From: a virus
Direction: 5' to 3' (one strand)
Virus record (IMG/VR): IMGVR_UViG_3300010265_000001
DNA: 46,486 nucleotides
Part shown: piece after piece, positions 17,147-25,165 of the stretch
Layout: the number at the start of each line of letters is the position of its first letter
How positions within the stretch are numbered: the stretch's first letter is position 1
The notes under the pieces: model-generated
Database searches by the model: none
Told to the model about the DNA's origin: nothing
The model's input: only the letters and a program-made list of their open reading frames with translations
Made by a program: the position numbers and the translations under genes

Positions 17147-17458
17147 ATGATCGACATTACCCCAGTAATCAACGCGGTGATCGCTATCATCGCAGCGGTG
17201 ATCACGGCTTTTTTGGTGCCGTGGATCAAGAGCAAGACCACGGAGCAGCAGCGCAAAGAGATCGGCGCATGGGTGAAGATCGCAGTCGCAGCAGCCGAGC
17301 AGCTCTATAAGGGTGCGGGCCGTGGCGCAGAGAAAAAGGCTTACGTCATTGAGTTCCTGAAGAAAAACGGCTTCACTGTCGACACAGAGGCCATCGACGC
17401 CATGATCGAAGCAGCCGTCCAGCAGCTCAACAGCGAGATCGGCCTTATTATCGAATAA
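17147..17458 (+). CDS. Holin, LL-H family-like
   Basis: 103 aa. An N-terminal TM (VINAVIAIIAAVITAFLVPWI) is followed by a helical tail, KKAYVIEFLKKNGFTVDTEAIDAMIEAAV, typical of Holin_LLH. Confidence 0.7.
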   Translation: MIDITPVINAVIAIIAAVITAFLVPWIKSKTTEQQRKEIGAWVKIAVAAAEQLYKGAGRGAEKKAYVIEFLKKNGFTVDTEAIDAMIEAAVQQLNSEIGLIIE

Positions 17459-17472
17459 CGGAGGCGAACAGC

Positions 17473-17781
17473 ATGAGCAGGAAGCGTAAAAGCTCAAGAA
17501 AAAAGAAGATCGAGTTCTCCAAGGTCATATTCGTCGGCATATCTACGGTCACCATATCGGTGGCCGTTTTTGCTTGCGTTATGATCTGGAGAACCGGTGA
17601 TCTCTCCCCTCTGGCCTACCTGATCCCCTCTGTCTTTGCAGAGCTGGCGACAGCCACCGGCTTCTATTACCGGAAGGCACAGAAGGAAAATGAGATCAAG
17701 CTGCCCCAGTATTTAGCAGGACAGCAAGAAGATCCAGAAGCTACGACTGGAGAACTCCAGAACGAAACCTTCAGCGGATAG
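17473..17781 (+). CDS. Small two-TM membrane protein (second holin or antiholin candidate)
   Basis: 102 aa with a basic N-terminus and two hydrophobic helices, located between the holin and the endolysin. Confidence 0.5.
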   Translation: MSRKRKSSRKKKIEFSKVIFVGISTVTISVAVFACVMIWRTGDLSPLAYLIPSVFAELATATGFYYRKAQKENEIKLPQYLAGQQEDPEATTGELQNETFSG

Positions 17782-17793
17782 GAGGAAAACGTC

Positions 17794-19368
17794 ATGAAAA
17801 TATGTATTGACCCCGGGCACGGGCAGTATGGGAACCCGGGCGTGACAAAACCATACTACGAAGGGACGCAAATGTTCAAACTCGCCCAGCTGCAAAAGGC
17901 TGAGCTTGAGAAGTACGAGAACACAACCGTCGTCATCACCAGAAAGAAGATCACAGACGATCCAAGCCTCGCAGCAAGGGGCCAGATGGCCGCTGGCTTC
18001 GATCTGTTCCTGAGTGACCACAGCAACGCACCCGGAGACGGTGCCGCAAATTATAACGCCATCACCGGGACGACCGTGCTGGACTCAGTAACAAGACCCA
18101 ATAAGACGCTGGCCACCGCCCTCGGCGAAACCGTGGCCAAGGTCATGGGCCACCACTTCAGGGGCATCACATACAAGAAAAACGACTCCGGAACCGACTG
18201 GTATGGAGTCTTGAGAAGTGCCATAGCAGCAGGCTGCAAGAGCGCGCTCCTGATCGAGCACGGCTTCCACACCAACCCAAAGGACTGCGGCTTTTTGCTT
18301 CAGGATGCAAACCTTGAGAAATTGGCAAAGGCTGAGGTAGACGTCATCGCTGCGCACTATGGCCTAAAACTCAAAGGATCCACAAAGCAGCCAGAGGCTC
18401 CGACAGCTGGCAGTCATCCGATCGTGGGAAAGGCTACGGCCACCGCAGCACAGGCCAAGACATGGGCCAAGAACAACGGAGCGACCTCTTTATTCATTGA
18501 GCTGGCCGACACCTTCTGGAGGATCGCACAGGCCGCCGGCGTCAATCCGGTCGTCGCATATGCACAGAGCGCCAAAGAAACCGGGTACGGACATTTCAAG
18601 GGCGTGCTGGATGCCAGCTTTATGAACCCATGCGGCCTCAAGACAACGGCCGGCGGTGCGAACAATGACCCGAACGCTCACAAGCGCTTCAGTTCATGGG
18701 AGGAAGGCATCACCGCACAGGTCGATCACCTCGCACTATACGCAGGGGCTCCGGGCTATCCTAAAGCAGGAACTCCGGATCCTCGTCATTTCCCATACCT
18801 GAAGGGTACAGCTCCAACCGTGGAGCAACTCGGAGGCAAATGGGCCCCGGCTTCTACCTATGGCACCGACATCGTGGCCATGATGGCCAAGCTGGAAGCA
18901 ACCAAGGCAGCGACAGCTCCGGAGCCTGCTGTCATGTACTACGTCCAGACCGGCGCATATTCCAACAAGACCAACGCCGACGCACAATATCACAAGGTTA
19001 AGGCTGCCGGCTTCGATGCCATCATCAAGCAGTCGGGCAATCTTTACAGAGTGCAGGTCGGAGCCTTCAGCGTGAAGGCAAACGCCGACGCCTATGCTGC
19101 CAAGCTGAAAGCGGCCGGCTTCGACACATATGTCACAACAACCGGCGGCACTCAGGTGGCTGCTGGATCCGCGCCGGCACCGGCCAAGAAGATCGAGGTC
19201 GGCAGCAAGGTCAAGATCAAGAACAGTGCCACCAATTACAGTACCGGCCAGAAGATCCCCGACTGGGTGAAGGCCAATACCTACACCGTGCAGCAGCTCG
19301 GAACAGGCAAGGCCCTCCTGAAGGAGATCGTCAGCTGGGTGAATACTTCAGACCTGACGCTCGTCTAA
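17794..19368 (+). CDS. Multidomain endolysin: N-acetylmuramoyl-L-alanine amidase, glucosaminidase-like domain, two SPOR repeats and a C-terminal binding domain
   Basis: MKICIDPGHG (Amidase_3 start), YAQSAKETGYGHF (glucosaminidase-like), YYVQTGAYSNKTNAD.../YRVQVGAFSVKANAD (SPOR), and a C-terminus homologous to 9941-10114. Confidence 0.85.
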   Translation: MKICIDPGHGQYGNPGVTKPYYEGTQMFKLAQLQKAELEKYENTTVVITRKKITDDPSLAARGQMAAGFDLFLSDHSNAPGDGAANYNAITGTTVLDSVTRPNKTLATALGETVAKVMGHHFRGITYKKNDSGTDWYGVLRSAIAAGCKSALLIEHGFHTNPKDCGFLLQDANLEKLAKAEVDVIAAHYGLKLKGSTKQPEAPTAGSHPIVGKATATAAQAKTWAKNNGATSLFIELADTFWRIAQAAGVNPVVAYAQSAKETGYGHFKGVLDASFMNPCGLKTTAGGANNDPNAHKRFSSWEEGITAQVDHLALYAGAPGYPKAGTPDPRHFPYLKGTAPTVEQLGGKWAPASTYGTDIVAMMAKLEATKAATAPEPAVMYYVQTGAYSNKTNADAQYHKVKAAGFDAIIKQSGNLYRVQVGAFSVKANADAYAAKLKAAGFDTYVTTTGGTQVAAGSAPAPAKKIEVGSKVKIKNSATNYSTGQKIPDWVKANTYTVQQLGTGKALLKEIVSWVNTSDLTLV

Positions 19369-19382
19369 TAACAACACAGAAA

Positions 19383-19422
19383 AACCCGCTCTCCGGATGT
19401 CCTCCGAAGGGCGGGCTTTTTA
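19383..19422. terminator. Bidirectional terminator between the convergent endolysin and integrase genes
   Basis: aaaacccgc...gcgggcttttt forms an extended imperfect dyad, A-rich on one side and T-rich on the other. Confidence 0.7.
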
Positions 19423-19435
19423 TATCGCGCCAACT

Positions 19436-21001
19436 CTATGCTGCCGGCAGCTTCATAACTAACACGAACACTGACTCCAAGACATAGATCTGCGTGTTCG
19501 AGTACGCGTTCTTTGGTGGAGCAAAGGACGCCAAAGTCGAACACTCTGGAGCCCCAGATTTATCGCAGTTTTCAACGATCGACCTCGTGACTGTACTCTG
19601 CGGCCCGGTGTAATTATATGCGATCCTGATCTCGTCATCGTACAGGTAGACAGCATTGACAAAAGCGTCGATGACTGTCCTCTGGTAGTCCTCGTCTGTA
19701 TAGTCACCGCCCCGGAACTTCTCAAGCCAGAAAATGACCTGATCCCTCTCGATGCGCGGCTTCTTTATTTGCTCTCTGGATATTCCAACAATGAGATCAT
19801 CCCTCTGAGCTTCCAACTCCATGAGTCTCTCCTTCGTGGTCGGAGTGATGATCCCCTGCTCGATGGCTGCCATAATATTCCGGATGGCCCTCTCTGTCTC
19901 TTTAAGCTGTTGCTCCATAGCATAGAGGACGGTATTCGTCAGCTCGCGCTCCTGAAGGGCCATAACAGCGTCGGCGATCTTCTCGATGACGTCATCCTGA
20001 AGAACCTGCTGCACAGTCTCGCGGACAACCAGCTCCTCGATCCACTTCTTTTTTACCGCCTTCTTATCGCATACGCGGCGGCGCTTGTTATTATTGCATT
20101 TATAGTAATAGTATACCGTGCCATGCCTGCCGGTGCCGCTCTCTCCGATCATGTTACCGCCACACCTGCCGCAGAACAGCTTCGTCGTCAGCAGGTAGTC
20201 CACTTCAGTCCGGGCCATGGCCGGGGCTTTTTTTGTTTTCTCTATCATGGCTTGAACCTCCTCAAAGAGCGCCCGGTCAATAATAGCAGGCACACCGCCC
20301 TCGATGCGGATGTCGCGGTATTGATAGACGCCGATATACTTCTCATTTCTAAGCATTTTCCTGAGACTGTTCTTGTTGAATGGATTGCCTCTGGAAGTCT
20401 TGAGCCCTCTCTCGTTCATTAAGTTTATGATCTGCGTGACATTCATGCCGCTGGCATAAAGCTCGAAAATCTCCTTGACGATCGGAGCGGTGGCGGGATC
20501 TATCTCGAAGCGCTGATCAGCTCCGACTCTATAACCGAGGGCTATGCCGCCGCCGTTCACTTTACACTTGAGAGCATTATCCTCCAGTCCTCCGATGATG
20601 TCCTGCCTCAAGTTCTCGGAATAATATTCAGCATACCCCTCAAGCATTGACTCGAGGAGGATGCCTTCAGGGCCGTCCGGGATCGTCTCCTTTGCATAGA
20701 CAACCCGGACGCCGTTCTTTTTAAGTCTCGCCTTATACATGGCCGCATCGTATCGGTTACGAGCGAACCTGTTCACCTTATAGGTGATCACAACCTGAAA
20801 CTTCCCCTTTGCGCTGTCTCTGATCATGCGCTGGAAGTCTGGCCTCTTGTCTGTCTTTCCAGTGAGAGCTCTGTCACAGTATTCCCCGATGACAAGCATC
20901 CCATTGCGCTCGGCAAACTCGTGGCACTCGCGCAGCTGTACCTCGATCGACTCCTCGCGCTGATTATGTGATGAATAACGTGCATATATGACAGCCTTCA
21001 C
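19436..21001 (-). CDS. int: Large serine recombinase (phage integrase)
   Basis: 521 aa. Resolvase-type N-terminus MKAVIYARYSS with the catalytic Ser context, a recombinase domain, and a zinc ribbon CGRCGG...YYYKC. GTG start after aaaggaggtg. Confidence 0.9.
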   Translation of the reverse strand: MKAVIYARYSSHNQREESIEVQLRECHEFAERNGMLVIGEYCDRALTGKTDKRPDFQRMIRDSAKGKFQVVITYKVNRFARNRYDAAMYKARLKKNGVRVVYAKETIPDGPEGILLESMLEGYAEYYSENLRQDIIGGLEDNALKCKVNGGGIALGYRVGADQRFEIDPATAPIVKEIFELYASGMNVTQIINLMNERGLKTSRGNPFNKNSLRKMLRNEKYIGVYQYRDIRIEGGVPAIIDRALFEEVQAMIEKTKKAPAMARTEVDYLLTTKLFCGRCGGNMIGESGTGRHGTVYYYYKCNNNKRRRVCDKKAVKKKWIEELVVRETVQQVLQDDVIEKIADAVMALQERELTNTVLYAMEQQLKETERAIRNIMAAIEQGIITPTTKERLMELEAQRDDLIVGISREQIKKPRIERDQVIFWLEKFRGGDYTDEDYQRTVIDAFVNAVYLYDDEIRIAYNYTGPQSTVTRSIVENCDKSGAPECSTLASFAPPKNAYSNTQIYVLESVFVLVMKLPAA

Positions 21002-21014
21002 GGTGCCACCTCCT

Positions 21015-21470
21015 TTACTTCTTTATTGGCAGTTTTTGAGCATCCCAAAACCAACCGAGGGCGATGGTTATTATGTCAGCGATCCAGCCTATGCCGAACA
21101 CACCAGCGGAAAGCGCCCACAGTAGTCCAGTTCCTTTTTTACCTACATAGAACCGATGGACGCCGAAATAACCGAGGAATATGCAGAGCAGCAGCGTGAC
21201 CGTCTTGCTTTTTGGCGACACGGCTGCCGGATCCCTCTCTATGTATTGATCAGACATATGGCCATCGTCTCCGGATGTCTGCCGGGAGCTGCTGGATGAT
21301 GAATAAGAAATACCAGATCCCGGGATGCCGACGGTCGTCGTCCTTCTCCCGGTGGTGCTGATCGTGTGCTTCAACCCTCTCGGGCCGAATGATACACTTG
21401 CGCTCTTTGCGTTAAGATTAAGCCTAACGCCGGGTAAAATCTTCATGCTTTTTCTGAACCTGAAACCCAT
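21015..21470 (-). CDS. DUF4236-like plus TM2-domain membrane protein (lysogeny-operon cargo)
   Basis: MGFRFRKSMKILPGVRLNLN (DUF4236-like N-terminus) and C-terminal LLLCIFLGYFGVHRFYVGK...GIGWIADI (TM2 domain). The start was chosen at the Met preceded by ggaaaggag. Confidence 0.65.
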   Translation of the reverse strand: MGFRFRKSMKILPGVRLNLNAKSASVSFGPRGLKHTISTTGRRTTTVGIPGSGISYSSSSSSRQTSGDDGHMSDQYIERDPAAVSPKSKTVTLLLCIFLGYFGVHRFYVGKKGTGLLWALSAGVFGIGWIADIITIALGWFWDAQKLPIKK

Positions 21471-21554
21471 ATTTTGATACACTCCTTTCCCTCCCATGCG
21501 GGAGGCTTTTTTATTTTGAAGAACCGGGCGGCTTGCATGTGAAATCATAATAAA

Positions 21555-21920
21555 TTATATTACCGACTCGTTTTTTGACGCCCCTTTATAAGCAAGGAGA
21601 ACGGCCTTAGCGGCTGCCCTTCCTTCGGGCATCGCATCACGCCATAACCTTATAAGCTCCGACTCCTCGGCCGATAAACCGGCAATACGAGCGGGCACTT
21701 CCTCTATTTTTTGAACAACGGGCCTGCCATATAGCTCCTCGACAGTCACACCAAAGTATTCAGCTATCGCCAGAACCTTATCCACACCAATCCGCATTTC
21801 GTCGACATTCCCGTTGATGATGCTGTCCATCGTTGAATAGCTGATCCCGATGGATGACGCCAACGTGCCCAGCTTCATGCCGCGCTCGTTAAGCAGTTTT
21901 TTTACGTTTTCTTTGAACAT
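21555..21920 (-). CDS. CI-like repressor (XRE-family HTH)
   Basis: MFKENVKKLLNERGMKLGTLASSIGISYSTMDSIING is an HTH_3-type motif. The gene is divergent from the Cro-like gene. RBS aaggaggtg. Confidence 0.8.
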   Translation of the reverse strand: MFKENVKKLLNERGMKLGTLASSIGISYSTMDSIINGNVDEMRIGVDKVLAIAEYFGVTVEELYGRPVVQKIEEVPARIAGLSAEESELIRLWRDAMPEGRAAAKAVLLAYKGASKNESVI

Positions 21921-21943
21921 TCCAGCACCTCCTTGCTTGTTCA

Positions 21944-21972
21944 ATTTTAACATTAAGCGAGCTCTTATTCAA
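21944..21972 (-). promoter_or_regulatory. Leftward (repressor) promoter candidate
   Basis: On the minus strand: TTGAAT, 17 nt, TAAAAT. Confidence 0.5.
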
Positions 21973-21979
21973 GAATTAT

Positions 21980-21995
21980 TTCCGATATATCGGAA
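21980..21995. promoter_or_regulatory. Operator O1, perfect 16-bp palindrome TTCCGATATATCGGAA
   Basis: Read directly. It is one of three related sites in the repressor/cro intergenic region. Confidence 0.75.
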
Positions 21996-22012
21996 TTAAT
22001 TCAAAAAAGAGC

Positions 22013-22041
22013 TTGTTTTTTTTCCGACATATCGTTATAAT
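22013..22041 (+). promoter_or_regulatory. Rightward early promoter candidate
   Basis: TTGTTT, 17 nt, TATAAT. The spacer and -10 overlap operator O2. Confidence 0.55.
22022..22037. promoter_or_regulatory. Operator O2 (TTCCGACATATCGTTA, right half degenerate)
   Basis: Matches the O1/O3 consensus in 13 of 16 positions and overlaps the -10 of the rightward promoter. Confidence 0.6.
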
Positions 22042-22051
22042 TTTAGATAAG

Positions 22052-22067
22052 TTCCGATGTATCGGAA
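22052..22067. promoter_or_regulatory. Operator O3 (TTCCGATGTATCGGAA)
   Basis: Near-perfect palindrome lying between the rightward promoter and the Cro-like RBS. Confidence 0.7.
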
Positions 22068-22095
22068 GAATAAAAACCAAGAAAGGAGTAAGAAA

Positions 22096-22332
22096 ATGGC
22101 ATATCCTAATTTGATCGCTGAGATGAAACGTCAAGGTATTACACCAAAAGCCATCGCGGAGGTGGTGAACAAATCACCCGACACGATCAACAACTGGCTC
22201 AAAGGAAAGGGCGAGTTCCCGATCGGCAAAGCCTTCGCAGTGCAAGAGAAGTTTTTCCCCACTCTCCCGATCTCTTACTTATTCAGCCAGAAGCCCATCA
22301 CCCCGCCGGTCACTGAGAAGCCGGCAGTCTAA
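22096..22332 (+). CDS. Cro-like/early HTH regulator
   Basis: 78 aa. MAYPNLIAEMKRQGITPKAIAEVVNKSPDTINNWLKGK is an HTH. It is the first gene of the rightward operon. RBS aaaggag. Confidence 0.7.
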   Translation: MAYPNLIAEMKRQGITPKAIAEVVNKSPDTINNWLKGKGEFPIGKAFAVQEKFFPTLPISYLFSQKPITPPVTEKPAV

Positions 22333-22354
22333 AAAACACGAAAGGAGCAAACCC

Positions 22355-23080
22355 ATGAAAAAGCAGTTTTTCATCAATGAAACACCAGTCAGCCGCGTGA
22401 CCTTCCAATGGACTGTCTGGAGTGAAAAAGGCGACGGCGGCAACTGGCTGGAGACCGAGGAACTCACACCTCGCAAACTCAAGAACCGCATGGCCAACGG
22501 CGTGAAGTATGAGGACATCAGGATCGCGACCATCGGCTTCGAGCCGGTCGATTATGTCGAGTTTTCTGCTGACTTCAAGGACGACGGGGCCCACTTATAC
22601 ACCAACGAGCTGACATCTGAGCAGATCCAAGCAGCTGAGAACGAGTACACCCAATGGGAAAAGGAATACGAGGCAAAGAGAACCAAAGAGGCCGAGCTGC
22701 TGGCCACCGTGACCGAGGAGCTTCCGGACATGGATCAGGATCAGAGCAGGGCCCTCGCCTCTGCCATGGCATCCATTGAACCGGACGCAGATCCCGAGTG
22801 GGCGAAAGAGTTCATCGCCTCAATGAAGCGTGCAGCTGAGATACTGGCCGAGATCTTTCGGAAGGTGATCGAGACAGTCAAGCAGCTCACCGAGTCGCTG
22901 GCCAAAACATTCATGCAAAACAAGGACAAGTTCATGGATGCGGCTATGCTCGCAGCTTCTCATCCTCCGAAGTGGTGGCACCTTTACAAACACGCCAAGA
23001 AGGCCCGAGTCCGCAAGAAGTACAGGCGCAAACTCATGGACAATCTGCTGGCAACCTTACAGGCTGCCGGGGCAATATGA
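22355..23080 (+). CDS. Hypothetical early protein
   Basis: 241-aa ORF, RBS aaaggag. Acidic centre, basic C-terminus, no motif recognised. Confidence 0.5.
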   Translation: MKKQFFINETPVSRVTFQWTVWSEKGDGGNWLETEELTPRKLKNRMANGVKYEDIRIATIGFEPVDYVEFSADFKDDGAHLYTNELTSEQIQAAENEYTQWEKEYEAKRTKEAELLATVTEELPDMDQDQSRALASAMASIEPDADPEWAKEFIASMKRAAEILAEIFRKVIETVKQLTESLAKTFMQNKDKFMDAAMLAASHPPKWWHLYKHAKKARVRKKYRRKLMDNLLATLQAAGAI

Positions 23081-23271
23081 AGGCCCGATGCGTGGGATGC
23101 GGAAAGACGTGGAACGTGAGCATCTTCGCGCGGATACCAAAAACCGGCTATATATGCCCCCACTGCTATTCAAAGCGAAAGGAGGCGCAACGATGCACCA
23201 ATACATATGCGAGCACTGCAACGCACACCTCGATCCGGGCGAGCGCTGCGACTGCCAAAAAGTCGAGATAA
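23078..23271 (+). CDS. Small zinc-ribbon protein (CxxC...CxxC)
   Basis: MKARCVGCGKTWNVSIFARIPKTGYICPHCYSKRK..., ATGA-coupled to the previous gene. Its 3' part overlaps the next ORF, so the true end is uncertain. Confidence 0.4.
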
Positions 23272-23417
23272 TACCAGACAAGATCCCGGAAACCGTAACC
23301 GATAGACTGGCCCGCCCGCTGATCGACATCGTGGCCAAAGCGTTCGAGGATCCGAAAGTCGTCAAGGAGTACGGACGCTGGAAAAAGGAGCGCCAAGAAA
23401 AACTTGCGGCCCACTGA
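23193..23417 (+). CDS. Small Cys-rich protein (CxxC...CxC)
   Basis: MHQYICEHCNAHLDPGERCDCQK... RBS aaaggagg lies 6 nt upstream. Confidence 0.55.
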   Translation: MHQYICEHCNAHLDPGERCDCQKVEIIPDKIPETVTDRLARPLIDIVAKAFEDPKVVKEYGRWKKERQEKLAAH

Positions 23418-23445
23418 GCCGCAAATACGAAAGGAGCAAAAAATT

Positions 23446-24435
23446 ATGAAAAACGAACTTATTTTTGACAATGCTGGAATACCGAGCATCATGGTCACAA
23501 TCCCGAAATTCAAGCTCTCGGAGGTAATCGACGGAGCGCCCGACATCACTCACCCTGCCTTCATCGTGAACGGCAAAGAAGTCGACGAAATCAGTATTTC
23601 CAAGTATCAGAACGTTGTCATCAATGGCAAAGCGTACAGCCTACCGCTTCAGGAGCCTGCCGTGAACATCGACTTCGACAACGCGATCTCAGTCTGCGAA
23701 GCCAAGGGCCCGGGCTGGCACCTTATGACGAACGCCGAATGGGCTGCGATCGCTCTCTGGAGCAAGAAGAACGGCACCCTTCCTCACGGAAATACCAGCT
23801 GCGGCAAATACCACGCAGACAACTCAGAACGCGGGATCCTGTTCGATAACGTCAGGACACTCACCGGCAGCGGGCCAAAGACATGGACACACGACCACAC
23901 CGAGCTCGGCATCCACGACCTGAACGGCAACATTCTCGAATGGGTTGGCGGCGTTCGCTGGGTAGACGGCGAGCTCCAGATCATCCCGGACAACAATGCC
24001 GCAGCAGGGGCAGATCAGACAGCTGAGAGCAAGGACTGGACGCCAGTCATGACACCGGACGGATCCGTCAAGTACAAAGTAACAGAGGATGCCATCACAT
24101 TGACCACCGAGCAGCCCGAGCAATACTGGGACGGCTTCAGGTTTAACGACCTTCAGAGCGAGATCGAAGCGCCTGACATCGTGAAGGCACTGGCTCTTTA
24201 TCCGGCAGACGACGAACAGGTCGACGGATATTTCTGGCTCGATACCGAAGGGGAGCGGCTCGCGTCTCGTGGCGGCGCCTGGTACGGCACGTCGAACGCT
24301 GGTGTGTTCTGCATGGGCGGCGACTACCCTCGGTCGTACGTCCACACGTACATCGGCTTCCGCTCCGCTTATATTCGTCCTTCTGCAATCTGTCAATCTG
24401 ACAATCTGGACAAGGATGGTGGCCGCGATGAATAG
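23446..24435 (+). CDS. DGR target protein 2: paralogue of 13792-14880 with C-terminal VR2, located in the early region
   Basis: 329 aa, alignable to target 1 over its full length (IPSIMV, THPAFIV, KAYSLP, FDNA..CEA.GPG.HL, NGN..EW.GG.R.VDGE.QIIPDNNAA). The C-terminus ERLASRGGAWYGTSNAGVFCMGGDYPRSYVHTYIGFRSAYI matches the TR. ATG 23446 follows aaaggag. Confidence 0.88.
   Translation: MKNELIFDNAGIPSIMVTIPKFKLSEVIDGAPDITHPAFIVNGKEVDEISISKYQNVVINGKAYSLPLQEPAVNIDFDNAISVCEAKGPGWHLMTNAEWAAIALWSKKNGTLPHGNTSCGKYHADNSERGILFDNVRTLTGSGPKTWTHDHTELGIHDLNGNILEWVGGVRWVDGELQIIPDNNAAAGADQTAESKDWTPVMTPDGSVKYKVTEDAITLTTEQPEQYWDGFRFNDLQSEIEAPDIVKALALYPADDEQVDGYFWLDTEGERLASRGGAWYGTSNAGVFCMGGDYPRSYVHTYIGFRSAYIRPSAICQSDNLDKDGGRDE
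24253..24369 (+). repeat. DGR variable region VR2 (remote, about 8.8 kb downstream of the TR)
   Basis: Hand alignment of 117 nt to the TR gives 15 differences. 12 are at TR adenines and 3 at TR guanines (24343-24346). Confidence 0.85.
24370..24418 (+). promoter_or_regulatory. Conserved 3' flank of VR2 with phased (A/T)TCTG repeats, here inside coding sequence
   Basis: tatattcgtccTTCTGcaATCTGtcaATCTGacaATCTGgacaagga. The spacing (7/8/8) and terminal acaagg match the VR1 flank. Confidence 0.6.
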
Positions 24436-25165
24436 TCTGAAATCATTATTTGAAAACCACAAGGCCCTCGTCCTGTTCGACTGCGAAACCAGCGGTCTCG
24501 ATCCGGACAAGCATCAGAGCATTGAGCTGGCGGCCATACGCATCGAGGAGACACCTCGGGGAGCTCTCCGGATCGCCGACCAGATGGACACCTTCATCAA
24601 ACTGCCGGACGGTGAGAAACTCCCACCTGACATCGTGGAGCTGACGGGGATCACTGACGCGAAGCTGCTGAGCGAGGGTGTAAACACTCACAAGGCAGCC
24701 AAGACCTTCGCCAGAATGTTCTCGGGCACCGGGGCCGTGCTCATGGTGGCCCACAACGCACAGTTCGACATCCAATTCGTGAGCGCGCTGCTGCGCAAAG
24801 AACAGCAGACCATCAGCGTGCCAGTCAATAAGCTCGACACCCTGACCGTATACAAAGACCGCAGGCCATACCCTCACAAGCTGGCCAATGCGATCATCGC
24901 CTACAACCTGACCGACAAGGTGCAGAACAGCCACCGGGCCATCGACGACGTGCTTGCCATGTTCGAGGTTATGAAGGCCATGGCCGAGGAACGCGATGAT
25001 CTGGCAACATACATAAACCTGTTCGGCTATAACCCCAAGCATGGAGTGAGCGGTCGCAGGATCCCGGGCATCCGGTACGAGGCACAGAACTTCAACAACA
25101 TTATGACAAGGCCCGAGCAGACACTTCCGGCAAGGGTGGCAGCCAAGGGGGCGTTCAGGCGATGA
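24428..25165 (+). CDS. DnaQ-like 3'-5' exonuclease (DEDDh)
   Basis: Exo motifs LFDCETSGLD, VAHNAQFDIQF and HRAIDDVLAM. The start overlaps the stop of target 2 by 8 nt. Confidence 0.85.
   Translation: MNSLKSLFENHKALVLFDCETSGLDPDKHQSIELAAIRIEETPRGALRIADQMDTFIKLPDGEKLPPDIVELTGITDAKLLSEGVNTHKAAKTFARMFSGTGAVLMVAHNAQFDIQFVSALLRKEQQTISVPVNKLDTLTVYKDRRPYPHKLANAIIAYNLTDKVQNSHRAIDDVLAMFEVMKAMAEERDDLATYINLFGYNPKHGVSGRRIPGIRYEAQNFNNIMTRPEQTLPARVAAKGAFRR

Noticed and set aside
24269-24427. N-terminal extension of the exonuclease ORF overlapping VR2 in another frame
   Set aside because: The extension (MAAPGTARRTLVCSAWAATT...) is out-of-frame VR sequence and would be scrambled by DGR mutagenesis. The exonuclease motifs begin right after Met 24428.
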